Positions 13,628 to 24,629 of a DNA stretch of 64,000 nt are shown here, piece by piece. Positions within the stretch are counted from its first letter, which is position 1. Each line of letters starts with the position of its first letter. The position numbers were made by a program, and so were the translations under genes. The stretch is from contig JAXLNO010000627.1 in the NCBI GenBank assembly GCA_038087875.1, positions 434,001 to 498,000 on the forward strand. The letters are read 5' to 3'. Source of the stretch: Malacoraja senta (taxonomy: Eukaryota). The notes under the pieces were generated by a model, which saw only the letters and a program-made list of their open reading frames with translations, was not told where the DNA came from and searched no databases.

Positions 13628-14208
13628 TCTTTTTCTCCAGAGATGCAGCCTGACCCGCTGAGTTACTCCAGCGTTTTGTACCTATCCATGTTCTCCAGAG
13701 ATGCTGCCTGACCCGCTGAGTTACTCCAGTACTTTGTACCTGTCCATGTTCTCCAGAGATGCTGCCTGACCCGCTGAGTTACTCCAGCATATTATACTTA
13801 TCCATGTTCTCCAGAGATGCTGCCTGACCCGCTGAGTTACTCCAGCATATTATACTTATCCATGTTCTCCAGAGATGCTGCCTGACCCGCTGAGTTACTC
13901 CAGCACTTTGTACCTGTCCATGTTCTCCAGAGATGCTGCCTGACCCGCTGAGTTACTCCAGCATATTATACTTATCCATGTTCTCCAGAGATGCTGCCTG
14001 ACCCGCTGAGTTACTCCAGTACTTTGTACCTGTCCATGTTCTCCAGAGATGCTGCCTGACCCGCTGAGTTACTCCAGTACTTTGTACCTGTCCATGTTCT
14101 CCAGAGATGCTGCCTGACCCGCTGAGTTACTCCAGCATATTATACTTATCCATGTTCTCCAGAGATGCTGCCTGACCCGCTGAGTTACTCCAGCACTTTG
14201 TACCTGTC
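13628..14208 (+). repeat. Ten copies of a 58-bp minisatellite derived from the Penelope-like terminus
   Basis: After a first, more diverged copy at about 13628, units start at 13686, 13744, 13802 ... 14150; constant core CCATGTTCTCCAGAGATGCTGCCTGACCCGCTGAGTTACTCCAG. Confidence 0.95.
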
Positions 14209-15018
14209 ATGAATGTTGATATCTTGTTTCAATGAAAAGGCGATATTGGATCACCTTTATACCAAACACGTGGTTCACGTTCACAAGATCACATTATTGC
14301 AGTAGAATAAGGCCATTCGGCCCATCAAGTCCATCATTCAACCATGGCTGATCTCTGCCTCCTAATCCCATTTTCCTGCCTTCTCCCCATAACCCTTGCC
14401 ACCCGTTCTAATCAAGAACTTGTTTATCTCTGCCTTAAAAATATCCATTGACTTGGCCTCCGCAGCCCTCTGTGGCAATGAGTTCCACAAATTGACTACC
14501 CTCTGACTAAAGAAATTCCAATGAGGTCCCCCCGTCAACCTTCTAAACTCCAGTGAGTAGAGGCCCAGTGCTATTAAGCGCTCATTATATGTTCACACAC
14601 TCATTCCTGGAATCATTCTTATAAACTCCTCTGGACCCTCTCCAGAGCCAGCACATCCTTCCTCAGATATGGGGTCCAAATTTGCTCACAATGCTCCAAA
14701 TGCAGCCTGACCAGCGCCTTATAGAGCCTCAGCATTACATCCCTGTTTATGTATTCCATATAAATGCCAGCATTAAATTTGCTTTCCTTCCTACCGATTT
14801 AACTTACAAATTAACTTTTTGCGAGTCCTGCACCAGCACTCCCAAGTCCCTTTGCACCTCCGATTTCTGGATTCTCTCTCCATTTAGAAAATAATCTACA
14901 CCTTTACTCTTATTACCAAAATGCATGACTCCTCCTTTGCACACTGAATTTCATCTGCTACTTCTCTGCCCACTCTCCTAACCTGTCCAAGTCCTTCTGC
15001 AGACTTCTCTACACTACA

Positions 15019-15124
15019 GAAGAAGGGTCTGAAGAAGGGTTTCGGCCCGAAACGTTACCTATTTCCTTCGCTCCATAGATGCTGCTGCACCCGCTGAGTT
15101 TCTCCAGCATTTTTGTGTACCTTC
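15019..15124 (+). mobile_element. Short Penelope-derived insertion carrying a hammerhead motif (15029-15057)
   Basis: CTGAAGA-A-GGGT(TTCG)GCCC-GAAA-CGTT; flanked by the direct repeat CTTCTCTACACTACA (15004-15018 and 15121-15135). Confidence 0.75.
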
Positions 15125-15198
15125 TCTACACTACACATCATCTGCAAACTTGGCCACATCGCCTTCAATCCCCTTATCCAAATCATTAATATACAATG

Positions 15199-15557
15199 TA
15201 TCATCAAGGACCCACACCATCCTGGCCACACACTCATCTCCCCGCTACCTTCAGGTAGAAGGTACAGGAGCCTGAAGACTGCAACGACCAGGTTCAGGAA
15301 TAGCTACTTCCCCACAGCCATCAGGCTATTAAAATTGGCTCGGACAAAACTTTGAACATTAATAGCCCATTATCTGTTTATTTGCACCTTATCTGTTTAT
15401 TTATTCATGTGTATATATATTTATATAATGGTATATGGACACACTGATCTGTTCTGTAGTCATGCCTACTATGTTCTGTTGTGCTGAAGCAAAGCTAGAA
15501 TTTCATTGTCCTATAAGGGACACATGACAATAAACTCTCTTGAATCTTGATCTTGAC
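15199..15557 (+). mobile_element. Rex1/Babar-type LINE 3' fragment
   Basis: IIKDPHHPGHTLISPLPSGRRYRSLKTATTRFRNSYFP; AATAAA followed by a (TCTTGA)n tail. Confidence 0.8.
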
Positions 15558-16185
15558 GTTAAGAGAAGCGGCCCCAGCACCGACCCTTGCGGAACTCCAC
15601 TGGTCACTGGCAGCAAAGCTGAAAAAGCGACTTTTATTGCAACTCTTTGCCTTCTGCCATCCAGCCAGTCCGCTATCCATGCTAGTATCTTCCCTTTAAT
15701 ACTATGGTCTCTCATCTTCCCCAGCAGCAAGACGTGAGGCACCTTATTGAAGACTTTCTGAAAATCTAGGGAAAGAAACATAGAAATGTAGAAAATAGGT
15801 GCAGGAGTAGGCCATTTGGCCCTGCGAGCCAGCACAGCCATTCAATATGATCATGGCTGATCATCCAAAATTAGTACCCTGTTCCTGCTTTCTCCCCATA
15901 TCCCTTGATTCTGTTAGCCCTAAGAGCTATATCTAACTCTCTCTTGAAAACATCCAGTGAATTGGACTCCACTGCCTTCTGTGGCAGAGATTTCTACAGA
16001 TTCACAACTCTCTGGGTGAAAAGGTTTTTCCTCATCTCAGTCCTAAATGGCTGACCCCTTATCAATGGTGGATATAGATGAAGAGAGGCCCTAGGCTATT
16101 CCACTTGTGAGGTCCCTTCCAATCCCCCACCCCCACGACTAGAGGAAGATAGAAGAGTGTTTTAAATAATTTGAGTAAAGCCAAG

Positions 16186-16731
16186 TGTGAGGAATGGGTT
16201 AATAGGTATAGTTGATTTAGACAAGAACCCATTGTCTAGTAGGGAGTATAGTAGGGAGTATAGAACGGAGAATAAGGGGAGTAAAGGACAAGTACAAATG
16301 GTGACTTTTCAAGGATGAGAACAGAGAAGATAGCAACAGCCCAGCATAGAACTAGGGTAAAGGTCAGAAGAAACACTCAGTGCGCATGGGCAATGAACTT
16401 ACATGAATATGTACACACACCCACTATGACAAGATGTCTCATTTAAATGCACATGCGATGCATGATATGGGAGGTGTCTTTGACGTCGGGTGGACGTTCC
16501 AGGACGTTCTCGTGGGAATGTGGGCTTTATGTTATGATTGGAAGAAGCACAATGGGGAGGGATGAGGGTGTGACAATGATGCCCATTAAATGTATAAAGA
16601 TGGAAGTCATCCCGATCCTCGGTGTGTCTTGACAGGGGAGACACCCAACTCTGCAGACTTGCTAATAAATAAACTTGTTTCTCTACATTCTCTACGCATC
16701 GTGAGTGTTCTTTCACAACTTGCGCCTGACA
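16186..16731 (+). repeat. 5' LTR (546 bp)
   Basis: TGTGAGG...CCTGACA with TATAAA and AATAAA; 2 substitutions versus the 3' LTR by eye. Confidence 0.97.
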
Positions 16732-16734
16732 GCT

Positions 16735-16754
16735 TGGGGGCTCGTCCTCGGGAT
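16735..16754 (+). promoter_or_regulatory. Primer binding site, tRNA-Pro type, with a 2-nt insertion
   Basis: TGGGGGCTCGTCC(TC)GGGAT versus the canonical Pro PBS TGGGGGCTCGTCCGGGAT, starting 3 nt after the LTR. Confidence 0.85.
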
Positions 16755-19295
16755 CCCCACTCCGGCCAGCTGGCGACAGTATACGGAAGAAGAGACGGTG
16801 CACCCCGTTGATTTCAACGGTCCCAGACCCCTAGATTGTCGTCAGCAGTTTCAGCGAGTGATATCCAGGACCAGAGATTAGAGAAACAAGTGGGAGTTCC
16901 GATCCGGAGGAAGATCGGGGGGAAATTCGCGAAGGAGCCAAATCGAGTGATTCTTGTGCACAAGACCCGGGTAAGAAAACTGACTATTAAGTACTACTCG
17001 GGCGATTGATAAGACCTTGTGGATACCGCCCTGAAGAATTCAGGGGTCTGTACGGGCAAGGCAGGAAAGGCGGGAAAATAGATCGGGGGGAAATTCCGAT
17101 CGGGAGGATGGGCAATGAAAACGGAAAGCCCACAAGGGAGGGGAAGGGCGGTAAGCCCGACCCCAGCATTCTGCCTGATAGTCCGTTGGGGCGAATGCTG
17201 AGCCTCTGGGGGCAGAGAAATACCCAGGGAATTGGAGGACAAAAATGATTGAGCCTCTGGGGGCAGAGAAATACCCAGGGAATTGGAAGAAAAAAATGAT
17301 TTGATTCTGTTATATTGAGTTTTAATACATGTAAAATGTTGCATTTATTGAAGTAAGAATGGAACAAATGTGATTTGTGTGTAAAAACCGGTTTGGAATG
17401 AAAGAGGAAGTTTATATATGTGATAATTGTAAGAGTAAGTAAGTAAGTTTTATTAAAATCAAAAATGTTCACTGTAGGTAGGTGTATGTTCCTTTAAATA
17501 AATCAGGTCATGGTGAAAGACGACGAACAGCTGTAAGATAACGATTAATTGTTTGTATCCTCGTAAGAAGGGGAAGTTGTGAAACCAGCTTTTGGTTTTT
17601 TTCTGATACTTTTAGATTTCTAGTCAGTAAAGATAATTTGGAAAATTGTTACTAGTGCTAGGAATTGGACATTTAAAATAGTGGTGAATATGGATTGAAA
17701 TAATTGGAAATAAGTTCATTGGTAAACATTCAAGTTTAGAAAGAAAGGAGAGAGAGGCAGTTAGAAGATAACAGAAGTAGAAAAACGACAGGCGTGAAAG
17801 TAATAAAGCAGGAGGAGTCAGTGGAAGATTTTTGCAAGGAGGCTAGAATATTTGAGAAGCAAGAAATTGAGTTTAGAATTAGAAAGAAGGCATACCAGAA
17901 AGGATTAAAGTTGGAAGCATTGGGATAAAGTGATGAGACTGCTTTAAAGAGAAAAGAGAAGGACAGACACGGATTATCCCTTGGGGCACCCATAAACTGA
18001 AAGGGCTAAAAAATACCTCACCCTATATCCCTGATGGGCGAGGAAATGGATTAGGGCTTTGGAGGAGGAGAACGTGGGACGATTATTGATCATGGAAGAT
18101 TTGAAGGCACTGTTGGTAAAAGTGATAGGAACCACTAAAGTGACAGAACTGAAGATGGATGGTATAAACTGATGCGAACAATGTAACAAGCAATGGCATA
18201 CTGTTTGACACAGTCAGGCAGAGGGTATGGCGGATCCTCAGACAATGTTACCCACTTAAGAGGAACCCCAAGGAACAAGGGGAGATACAGAAGGAAAGGC
18301 AAATAGCCTATCTGGAAAACCAGCTGATAAGGTGGAGAGTTGATTGATGAACATTATATTATGAACTACTGTGGTGGATGTCATTCTTCTTAAAGTCAAG
18401 CAGATTCAGCGAACAGTTGGTCTCTGTGGTCGAGAAATATCGCAAAGATAGGAAAAAGACTTGCAAACCAGCAGGAGGAGTTGTTGTCAATAAACAATGG
18501 ACCTAAGTGAGTCCTATGACGGAACCAAGCAGGGCCAGAGAATTACATGCCAATAATGAATGTCTTTGGGGTACGTTTCCTCAAAAAGTCCTATCAGGAG
18601 TGAAATTAATCTGGATTTAAGCCCTAACAGGACTGGGGTCCCCAAGAGAGAAAGGGATTTAAAGGAGGATTTCTTGATATTGTTCCATAAGTAACAAGCG
18701 ATGTAAGAGAGAGAGAGAGAGATTAAAAAAAAAAAAATACTTCAGAATGTAGGACAGAGTATGATAACCTCGGGAAAAGGCAGGATATAGTTCAGACTAG
18801 ATTAGGTATAAGCCCTGTAGTGTCGTTTATGATGAATAAGGTAATTAAGAGGTTTGGTAGACCTACAGAAATCAGCTTTGACAACGGATTGTTTTTATTT
18901 AGGGAGTAGCTAAGTTGGCGATAGAGACCCTTAGAGTAAAATACACATTTGGGTATGTAACACCTGCAGTCACAGGCATGGTGGAAAGAATAAATGGAAC
19001 ATTGAAGGTTAATATAAATAAGATTTGTTTAATATAAAAGTCTATTTATGAACAGGAAAAGTAAAAGCTGTTGGAGGTGGACCAGGAGGAAGGACCCTTT
19101 AAACCTGAAGACAAGGTGTATGTATGAGTTTTCTAAACTAACGACCGATGTTCAGGTAGAAGGTTGATATACCTGGTACCATTTCAATAATACCTGAGGG
19201 CTGTCCCGCAGGTATGAATAGATAATAGCCCTGAGGTAAGTGAACAGGAGGACAAGAGATGTGAGAAAAGAGTAGAGTTTGAACAAGAACGTTGT

Positions 19296-20255
19296 TTGAC
19301 ATCAGTGGTGGGCAAAATAATGGAAAGCATACTTAAGACAATATAAGAATTTGGATAAATAGGGTAGGATTAGGAAGAATTAGCATGGATTTGTGATTGT
19401 GATGTTTGACTAATCTTGAATTTTTTGAAAAGGTTATTAGGGAAATTGATGAGGGTAAAGTGGTGGATGTTGTCTAGATGAACTTCAGTAAGGCCTTTGA
19501 CAAGGTTCAATAAGGAAATAAGGTTGGTTAAGAAGGGTTAGTAAGGAATAGCAAGATGGATTAAAAAGTGGCTGTATGGGAGATGTCAGAGAGCAATGGT
19601 GGATGGATGTTTGTCAGGTTGGAGGTCAGTGACTAGAAGGGTACCTCGGGGATGTGTGTTGGGTCCACTGTTGTTTGTCATGTGAATCAATAATCTGGAT
19701 GTTGGTGTGGTAAAATAGATTAATAAGTATGTAGATGATACTAAGATAGGTGGTGTTGTGAATAATGAAGTAGATTTTAAAAAGTGTACAGAGAGATTTA
19801 GGTCATTTGGAAGAATGGGTTGAAACATGACAGATGGGTTTAATGTTGATAAGTGTGAGATGATACATCTTGGCAGGACAAATCAAAATTGAATGTACAT
19901 GGTAAATGATTGTGAATTGAGGAATGAAGTTGAACAGGCGGATCTAGGAATAACTGTGCATGGTTCCCTGAAGGTGGAATTTCATGAAGATAGGATGGTA
20001 AAGAAAGATTTTGGTGTGTTGGCCTTTATAAATCAGAGCATTGTGTATAGAAGTTGGGTTGTAATGTTAAATTGTACAAGGTATTGGTGAGGTCAATTGT
20101 GGAGTATGGTGTATAATTTTGGTAGGTATAATTATAGGAAGGATGTCAACAAAATAGAGAGAGTATAGAGGAGATCAATTAGAATGTTGACTGGGTTTCA
20201 GCAACTAAGACACAGAGAAAGGTTGAACAAGTTAGGTCTTTATTATTTAGGAACG
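19296..20255 (+). mobile_element. Heavily mutated CR1 RT fragment inside the ERV
   Basis: Recognisable LTSVVG, KAFDKV, V..RVPRGCVLGPLLF, YVDDTKIG and EYGV.FW blocks; many stops; very few C. Confidence 0.85.
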
Positions 20256-20639
20256 ATAGAAGGGGTCCCAACAAATACAAGGGAATGATGTATTCCTAAG
20301 GAACTATTTACTGGCAGTATCTCGTTCTATTACAGAATTAAGAACCAAGGGGCTGCTGGCACAGAGTCCCCATCTCGACTTCCAATCCATTCTGTGAAAG
20401 CGGGGGACTGGGATCTTGTAACATCATGGAAGGAAGAAAAGCTGCAACCTAAGTGGACTGGACCCTACCTGGTGTTACTAATCACCGAGACAGCAGTACG
20501 AACAAAAGAAAAAGGGTGGACACACGCAAGCCGATTTAAGGGTCCTGTGGAGGCCCCACCAAACAATATCAGCCCGTGGACTGTGCGCAAAGGAGAGGAA
20601 CCATTGACTTTAATATTTAACAAGAACCCGCGGGAAAAA

Positions 20640-21571
20640 TGAAGATTTCGTGTTGATGGGTCGTGTGTTGGGTGGTTACCCAACTATGTAAGCATACAGA
20701 GTGTTCAAATGCAGGAAAGTGGAAGGATGTGCAGATAGAACAAGGAGAATGAGCCTAAGGATTTGAAGATAATGATAGTAGCAGGAGAAACAGAATTAAG
20801 GCAATTATATGAGGAGGGAATACCTACAGGAGGGAAGGGAGCCAACACCTGGCTTGCCTGGATGATGTACACGGCCAGGAGTATGCAACACACCAATTGC
20901 TACGCCTGCGCTGGAGCTAAGCCTCAGCTGGTTCCAGAACCATTTCCCTTGAATTGGGATAGGACACCTGGGGCTATGTCATGTATACTACAGCTATTCA
21001 CGAATCCCATCCTACCAAAGGATGCGACCTGCCAGAGTTATCATTACCTATTCCCGGCTAGCAACAACAATAAAAAGGTCCGAAGGACAGCCCCTTCGAC
21101 ACACACATATATATAGATGCGATAGGGGTGCCAAGAGGGGTACCCGATGAATTCAAAGCCAGAAACCAGATAGCTGCGGGCTTTGAGTCCATACTCTTCT
21201 GGTGGTCCACACTTAATAAAAATGTGGACTGGATCAACTACCTATACTACAATCAACAACGCTTTATAAATTACACTCGAGATGCAGTTGAAGGATTAGC
21301 GGAACAACTGACAGATACCAGCCTAATGGCCTGGCAAAATCGCATGGCCTTAGACATGCTACTGGCTGAGAAGGGAGGGGTGTGTGTAATGTTTGGGGAA
21401 CAATGTTGCACCTTCATCCCCAACAACACTGCTCCTGATGGGTCAGTGTCGAGAGCCCTAGCAGGTCTCACCTCCCTGTCTATCGAATTTAAAACACAGT
21501 ATGACCAGCGAGAGGAAGATAAGGAGGCGAAGATTCTGCTGCTAGCATTAGAGAACGGGCAGATAGTCTAA
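20640..21571 (+). pseudogene. Internally deleted gamma-type env
   Basis: SU CYAC (CxxC); TM YIDAIGVPRGVPDEFKARNQIAAGFES, immunosuppressive domain QNRMALDMLLAEKGGVC and CX6CC; frameshift near 21090; membrane anchor missing. Confidence 0.9.
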
Positions 21572-21607
21572 ATCAAAGATTGCAGTAGCAAAAGTAAAAG
21601 TGTGGAT

Positions 21608-22153
21608 TGTGAGGAACGGGTTAATAGGTATAGTTGATTTAGACAAGAACCCATTGTCTAGTAGGGAGTATAGTAGGGAGTATAGAACGGAGAATAAGGG
21701 GAGTAAAGGACAAGTACAAATGGTGACTTTTCAAGGATGAGAACAGAGAAGATAGCAACAGCCCAGCATAGAACTAGGGTAAAGGTCAGAAGAAACACTC
21801 AGTGCGCATGGGCAATGAACTTACATGAATATGTACACACACCCACTATGACAAGATGTCTCATTTAAATGCACATGCGATGCATGATATGGGAGGTGTC
21901 TTTGACGTCGGGTGGACGTTCCAGGACGTTCTCGTGGGAATGTGGGCTTTATGTTATGATTGGAAGAAGCACAATGGGGAGGGATGAGGGTGTGACAATG
22001 ATACCCATTAAATGTATAAAGATGGAAGTCATCCCGATCCTCGGTGTGTCTTGACAGGGGAGACACCCAACTCTGCAGACTTGCTAATAAATAAACTTGT
22101 TTCTCTACATTCTCTACGCATCGTGAGTGTTCTTTCACAACTTGCGCCTGACA
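21608..22153 (+). repeat. 3' LTR (546 bp)
   Basis: Near-identical to the 5' LTR; preceded by the purine-rich tract AAAAGTAAAAGTGTGGAT. Confidence 0.97.
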
Positions 22154-22306
22154 CAAGGATGATGACGGGTTTTTAAAATTCCGCAATTCACACTTGCATT
22201 TTAATTCAAAACCTGCATTTAACCCCCAACAGCCTCTGGAATCGCACGCACATGCAGTGGGAAGATCTGGAGCTCCACTGATCGTAGGGTTTTGTAACAA
22301 CACTAG

Positions 22307-24629
22307 TATATACTAAACTCTGATCTTGTACGTGTCTATGTATATGTGTTTAAGAAGGAACTACAGATGCTGGAAAATCGAAGGTACACAAAAATGCTGG
22401 AGAAACTCAGCGGGTGCAGCAGCATCTATGGAGCGAATTAATAGCCAACGTTTCGGGCCGAAACCCTTCTTCAGTCTGTTGAAACGTCTTGACCCGAAAC
22501 GTTGCCTATTTCCTTCGCTCCATAGATGCTGCTGCACCCGCTGAGTTTCTCCAGCATTTTTGTTTACCTTCTATGTATATGTGTATATGTGTGTGTCTTT
22601 ACATCTTCGTGAAAAAAATACGCAGTAACGATAACGCTTTTACATATTCTGGTTGACATTTTTCCGTCGAGGCCGGGATCACAGTATCTGAACATTTCAT
22701 CTTTTATTTCTCGTCTTTTTATAGATTAAAGTTGAAAATCGTCAAATGATTGAATTTAAAACGACCAGCTTTCGCTGATGACGTCACACTCTGTCTGCTC
22801 GGTGCCACAGAATCGTCCATGCGCCTCGAGTGACGTCACCTCCGACCCCTCCCACCCCCACGACCCCTCCTCCCGGTGATTCAAAAGGAGCCGCAATGGA
22901 AGAAAGGACGAGTCCGGAGATGGTCGGGCCCTGGATCGACCGATCTCGCGGTCCTCGGGAGGCTGCTGCCGCAGGCTGATTCCGGCGACTGGGACTGGGA
23001 CTGGGACTGGGACTGGACCTGGAGTGAGGGCCGAACCCTCTGTCCTCTCTGTCTATGTCTGCCCTCTCTGTCTCTGCCCCCTCTCTCTGTCTCTGCCGCC
23101 TCGGTCTGTGTCTGCCCTCTCTGTCTCTGCCCTCTATCTCTGTCTCTGCCCTCTCTCTCTCTGTCTCTGCCCTCTCTGTCCCTGTCTCTGCCCTCTCTGT
23201 CTGTCCCCTCTCTGTCTCTGTATCTGCCCTCCCTCACTCTGTCTCTGCCCTCACTATCGCCATATCTGCCCCCTCCCTCTCTATGTCCCAAACCTCTCTC
23301 TCTGTCTCTGCCCTCTCTCTGTCTCTGCCCCTCTCTCCCTGCCACCCTCTCTCTCTCTGCCCCCTCTCTCTCACCCTACCACTCTCTCTCTCTCGCTCTG
23401 CCCCTCTATCTCTGCCCCTCTCTCTATCTGCCCCTCTCTCTGTCTCTGCCCTTATCGCTCTGTCTCTGCCTCTGCCCCTCTCTCTCTGCCTCTGCCCCTC
23501 CTCTCTCTGTCTCTGCCCATCTCTCTATCACTCTGCCCATCTCTCTCTGTCACTGCCCATCTCTTTCTGTTTCTGCCCATCTCTCTCTGTCTCTGCCCCC
23601 TCGCTCTGTCTCTGCCCCTCTCTCTCTGTCTCTCTGTCTCTGCCCCTCCTCTCTCTGTCTCTGCCCCCTCCTCTCTCTCTGCCCCTCACTCTCTCACTCT
23701 GCCCCTCTATCTGTCTCTGGCCCTCTCTCTCTGTCTCCGCCCCTCCCTCTGTCTCCGCCCCTCCCTCTGTCTTTGCCCCTCCCTCTCTGTCTGCCCCTCC
23801 CTCTCTATCTCTGCACCTCCCTCTATGTTTCTGCCCCTCGCTCTCTGTCTCTGCACCTCTCTGTGTCTCTGCCCTCTCTGTCTCTGCCCCTGCGCTATCC
23901 CTGTCTCTGCCCTCTCCATGTCTCTGCCCACTCCCTGTCTCTGCCCCCTCCCTGTCTCTGCCCTCTCTCCCCTCTCTGTCCACTTCTCTCACCGTCCTCC
24001 CTCTCTCTCCTCTCTGCCGTCTCTCTCTCCCTTCTCTGCCCTCTTTCTCCTTCCCTTCTCTGCCCCTTCTCTCTCTCCCCCGGCTTCCCTCTGCCTGGCC
24101 TCTCTCCTCCCCCTCTAACTCCTCTCTCTCTCTGCCCTCCCTCTGTGCCCTCCCTCCGACTCTGCCCTCCCTCCCTCTCTGCTCTCCCTAACTCTCTACC
24201 CCCTCCCTTTCTGGGGAGTGATTAGTATTGGGACCTATGAGTGAGTGGTGGAGTATTGCGTTCGGGGAACTAGCCCTCCCCTGTGACGCCGCCCCCACCC
24301 CTAAATATCTACCTCCCCTCCCTCTCACTTTCTACCCCCACCCCTCCATCTTTACCCCCTCACCCTCCATCTCTACCCCCTCATCCTCTCCCTCTCTACC
24401 CCCTCCTCTCCCTCTATAGCCGCGCCTGCGCAGTTGGGGGCTATGAGTGAGATAGGGCGGGGGATGGGGGGAAATGAGCAATTGAATAATATTAATATAA
24501 TATCAAGGAGGAGGGTTAGTGTGTGTGTGTGTGGGGGGGGGGTGGTTACTGTGTGTGTGATGCCGCACGCCGCCTCCCCCACAACCGCACGTTGATGGGA
24601 CGGGACCCAACGGGTCCCACTTGGTATCG
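22307..24629 (+). mobile_element. Non-autonomous Helitron, copy 1
   Basis: 5' TATATACTAAA; 3' perfect hairpin GGGACCC-AAC-GGGTCCC (24602-24618) 11 nt before the end, which reads ATCG instead of CTAG. Confidence 0.75.
22350..22571. mobile_element. Palindromic Penelope-derived element with a hammerhead motif on the minus strand (22447-22474)
   Basis: Inverted arms of about 80 bp at 22380-22459 and 22491-22571; TSD TCTATGTATATGTGT (22335-22349 and 22570-22584). Confidence 0.8.

Larger units (their letters stand above)
14275..16063 (-). mobile_element. Two abutting CR1 fragments with nested insertions
   Basis: LDFQKVFNKVPH and VTSGVPQGSVLGP on the minus strand; CR1 3'UTRs at about 14300 and 15775. 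Confidence 0.85.
16186..22153 (+). mobile_element. Non-autonomous chimeric class I endogenous retrovirus (provirus)
   Basis: Two TG...CA LTRs; 4-bp TSD CAAG (16182-16185 and 22154-22157); PBS; gag start MGNENGK...PDSPLGRML at 17108; integrase remnants; env remnant; no RT domain seen. Confidence 0.95.

Noticed and set aside
13628..14208. CRISPR-like repeat-spacer appearance
   Set aside because: The spacers are only 14 bp and recur as two variants, the repeat matches a dispersed Penelope-derived sequence, there are no cas genes, and the context is vertebrate.
16399..16803. Duplicated 134/160-aa minus-strand ORFs (also 21821-22303)
   Set aside because: They lie antisense within the two LTRs and are identical only because the LTRs are; no protein features.
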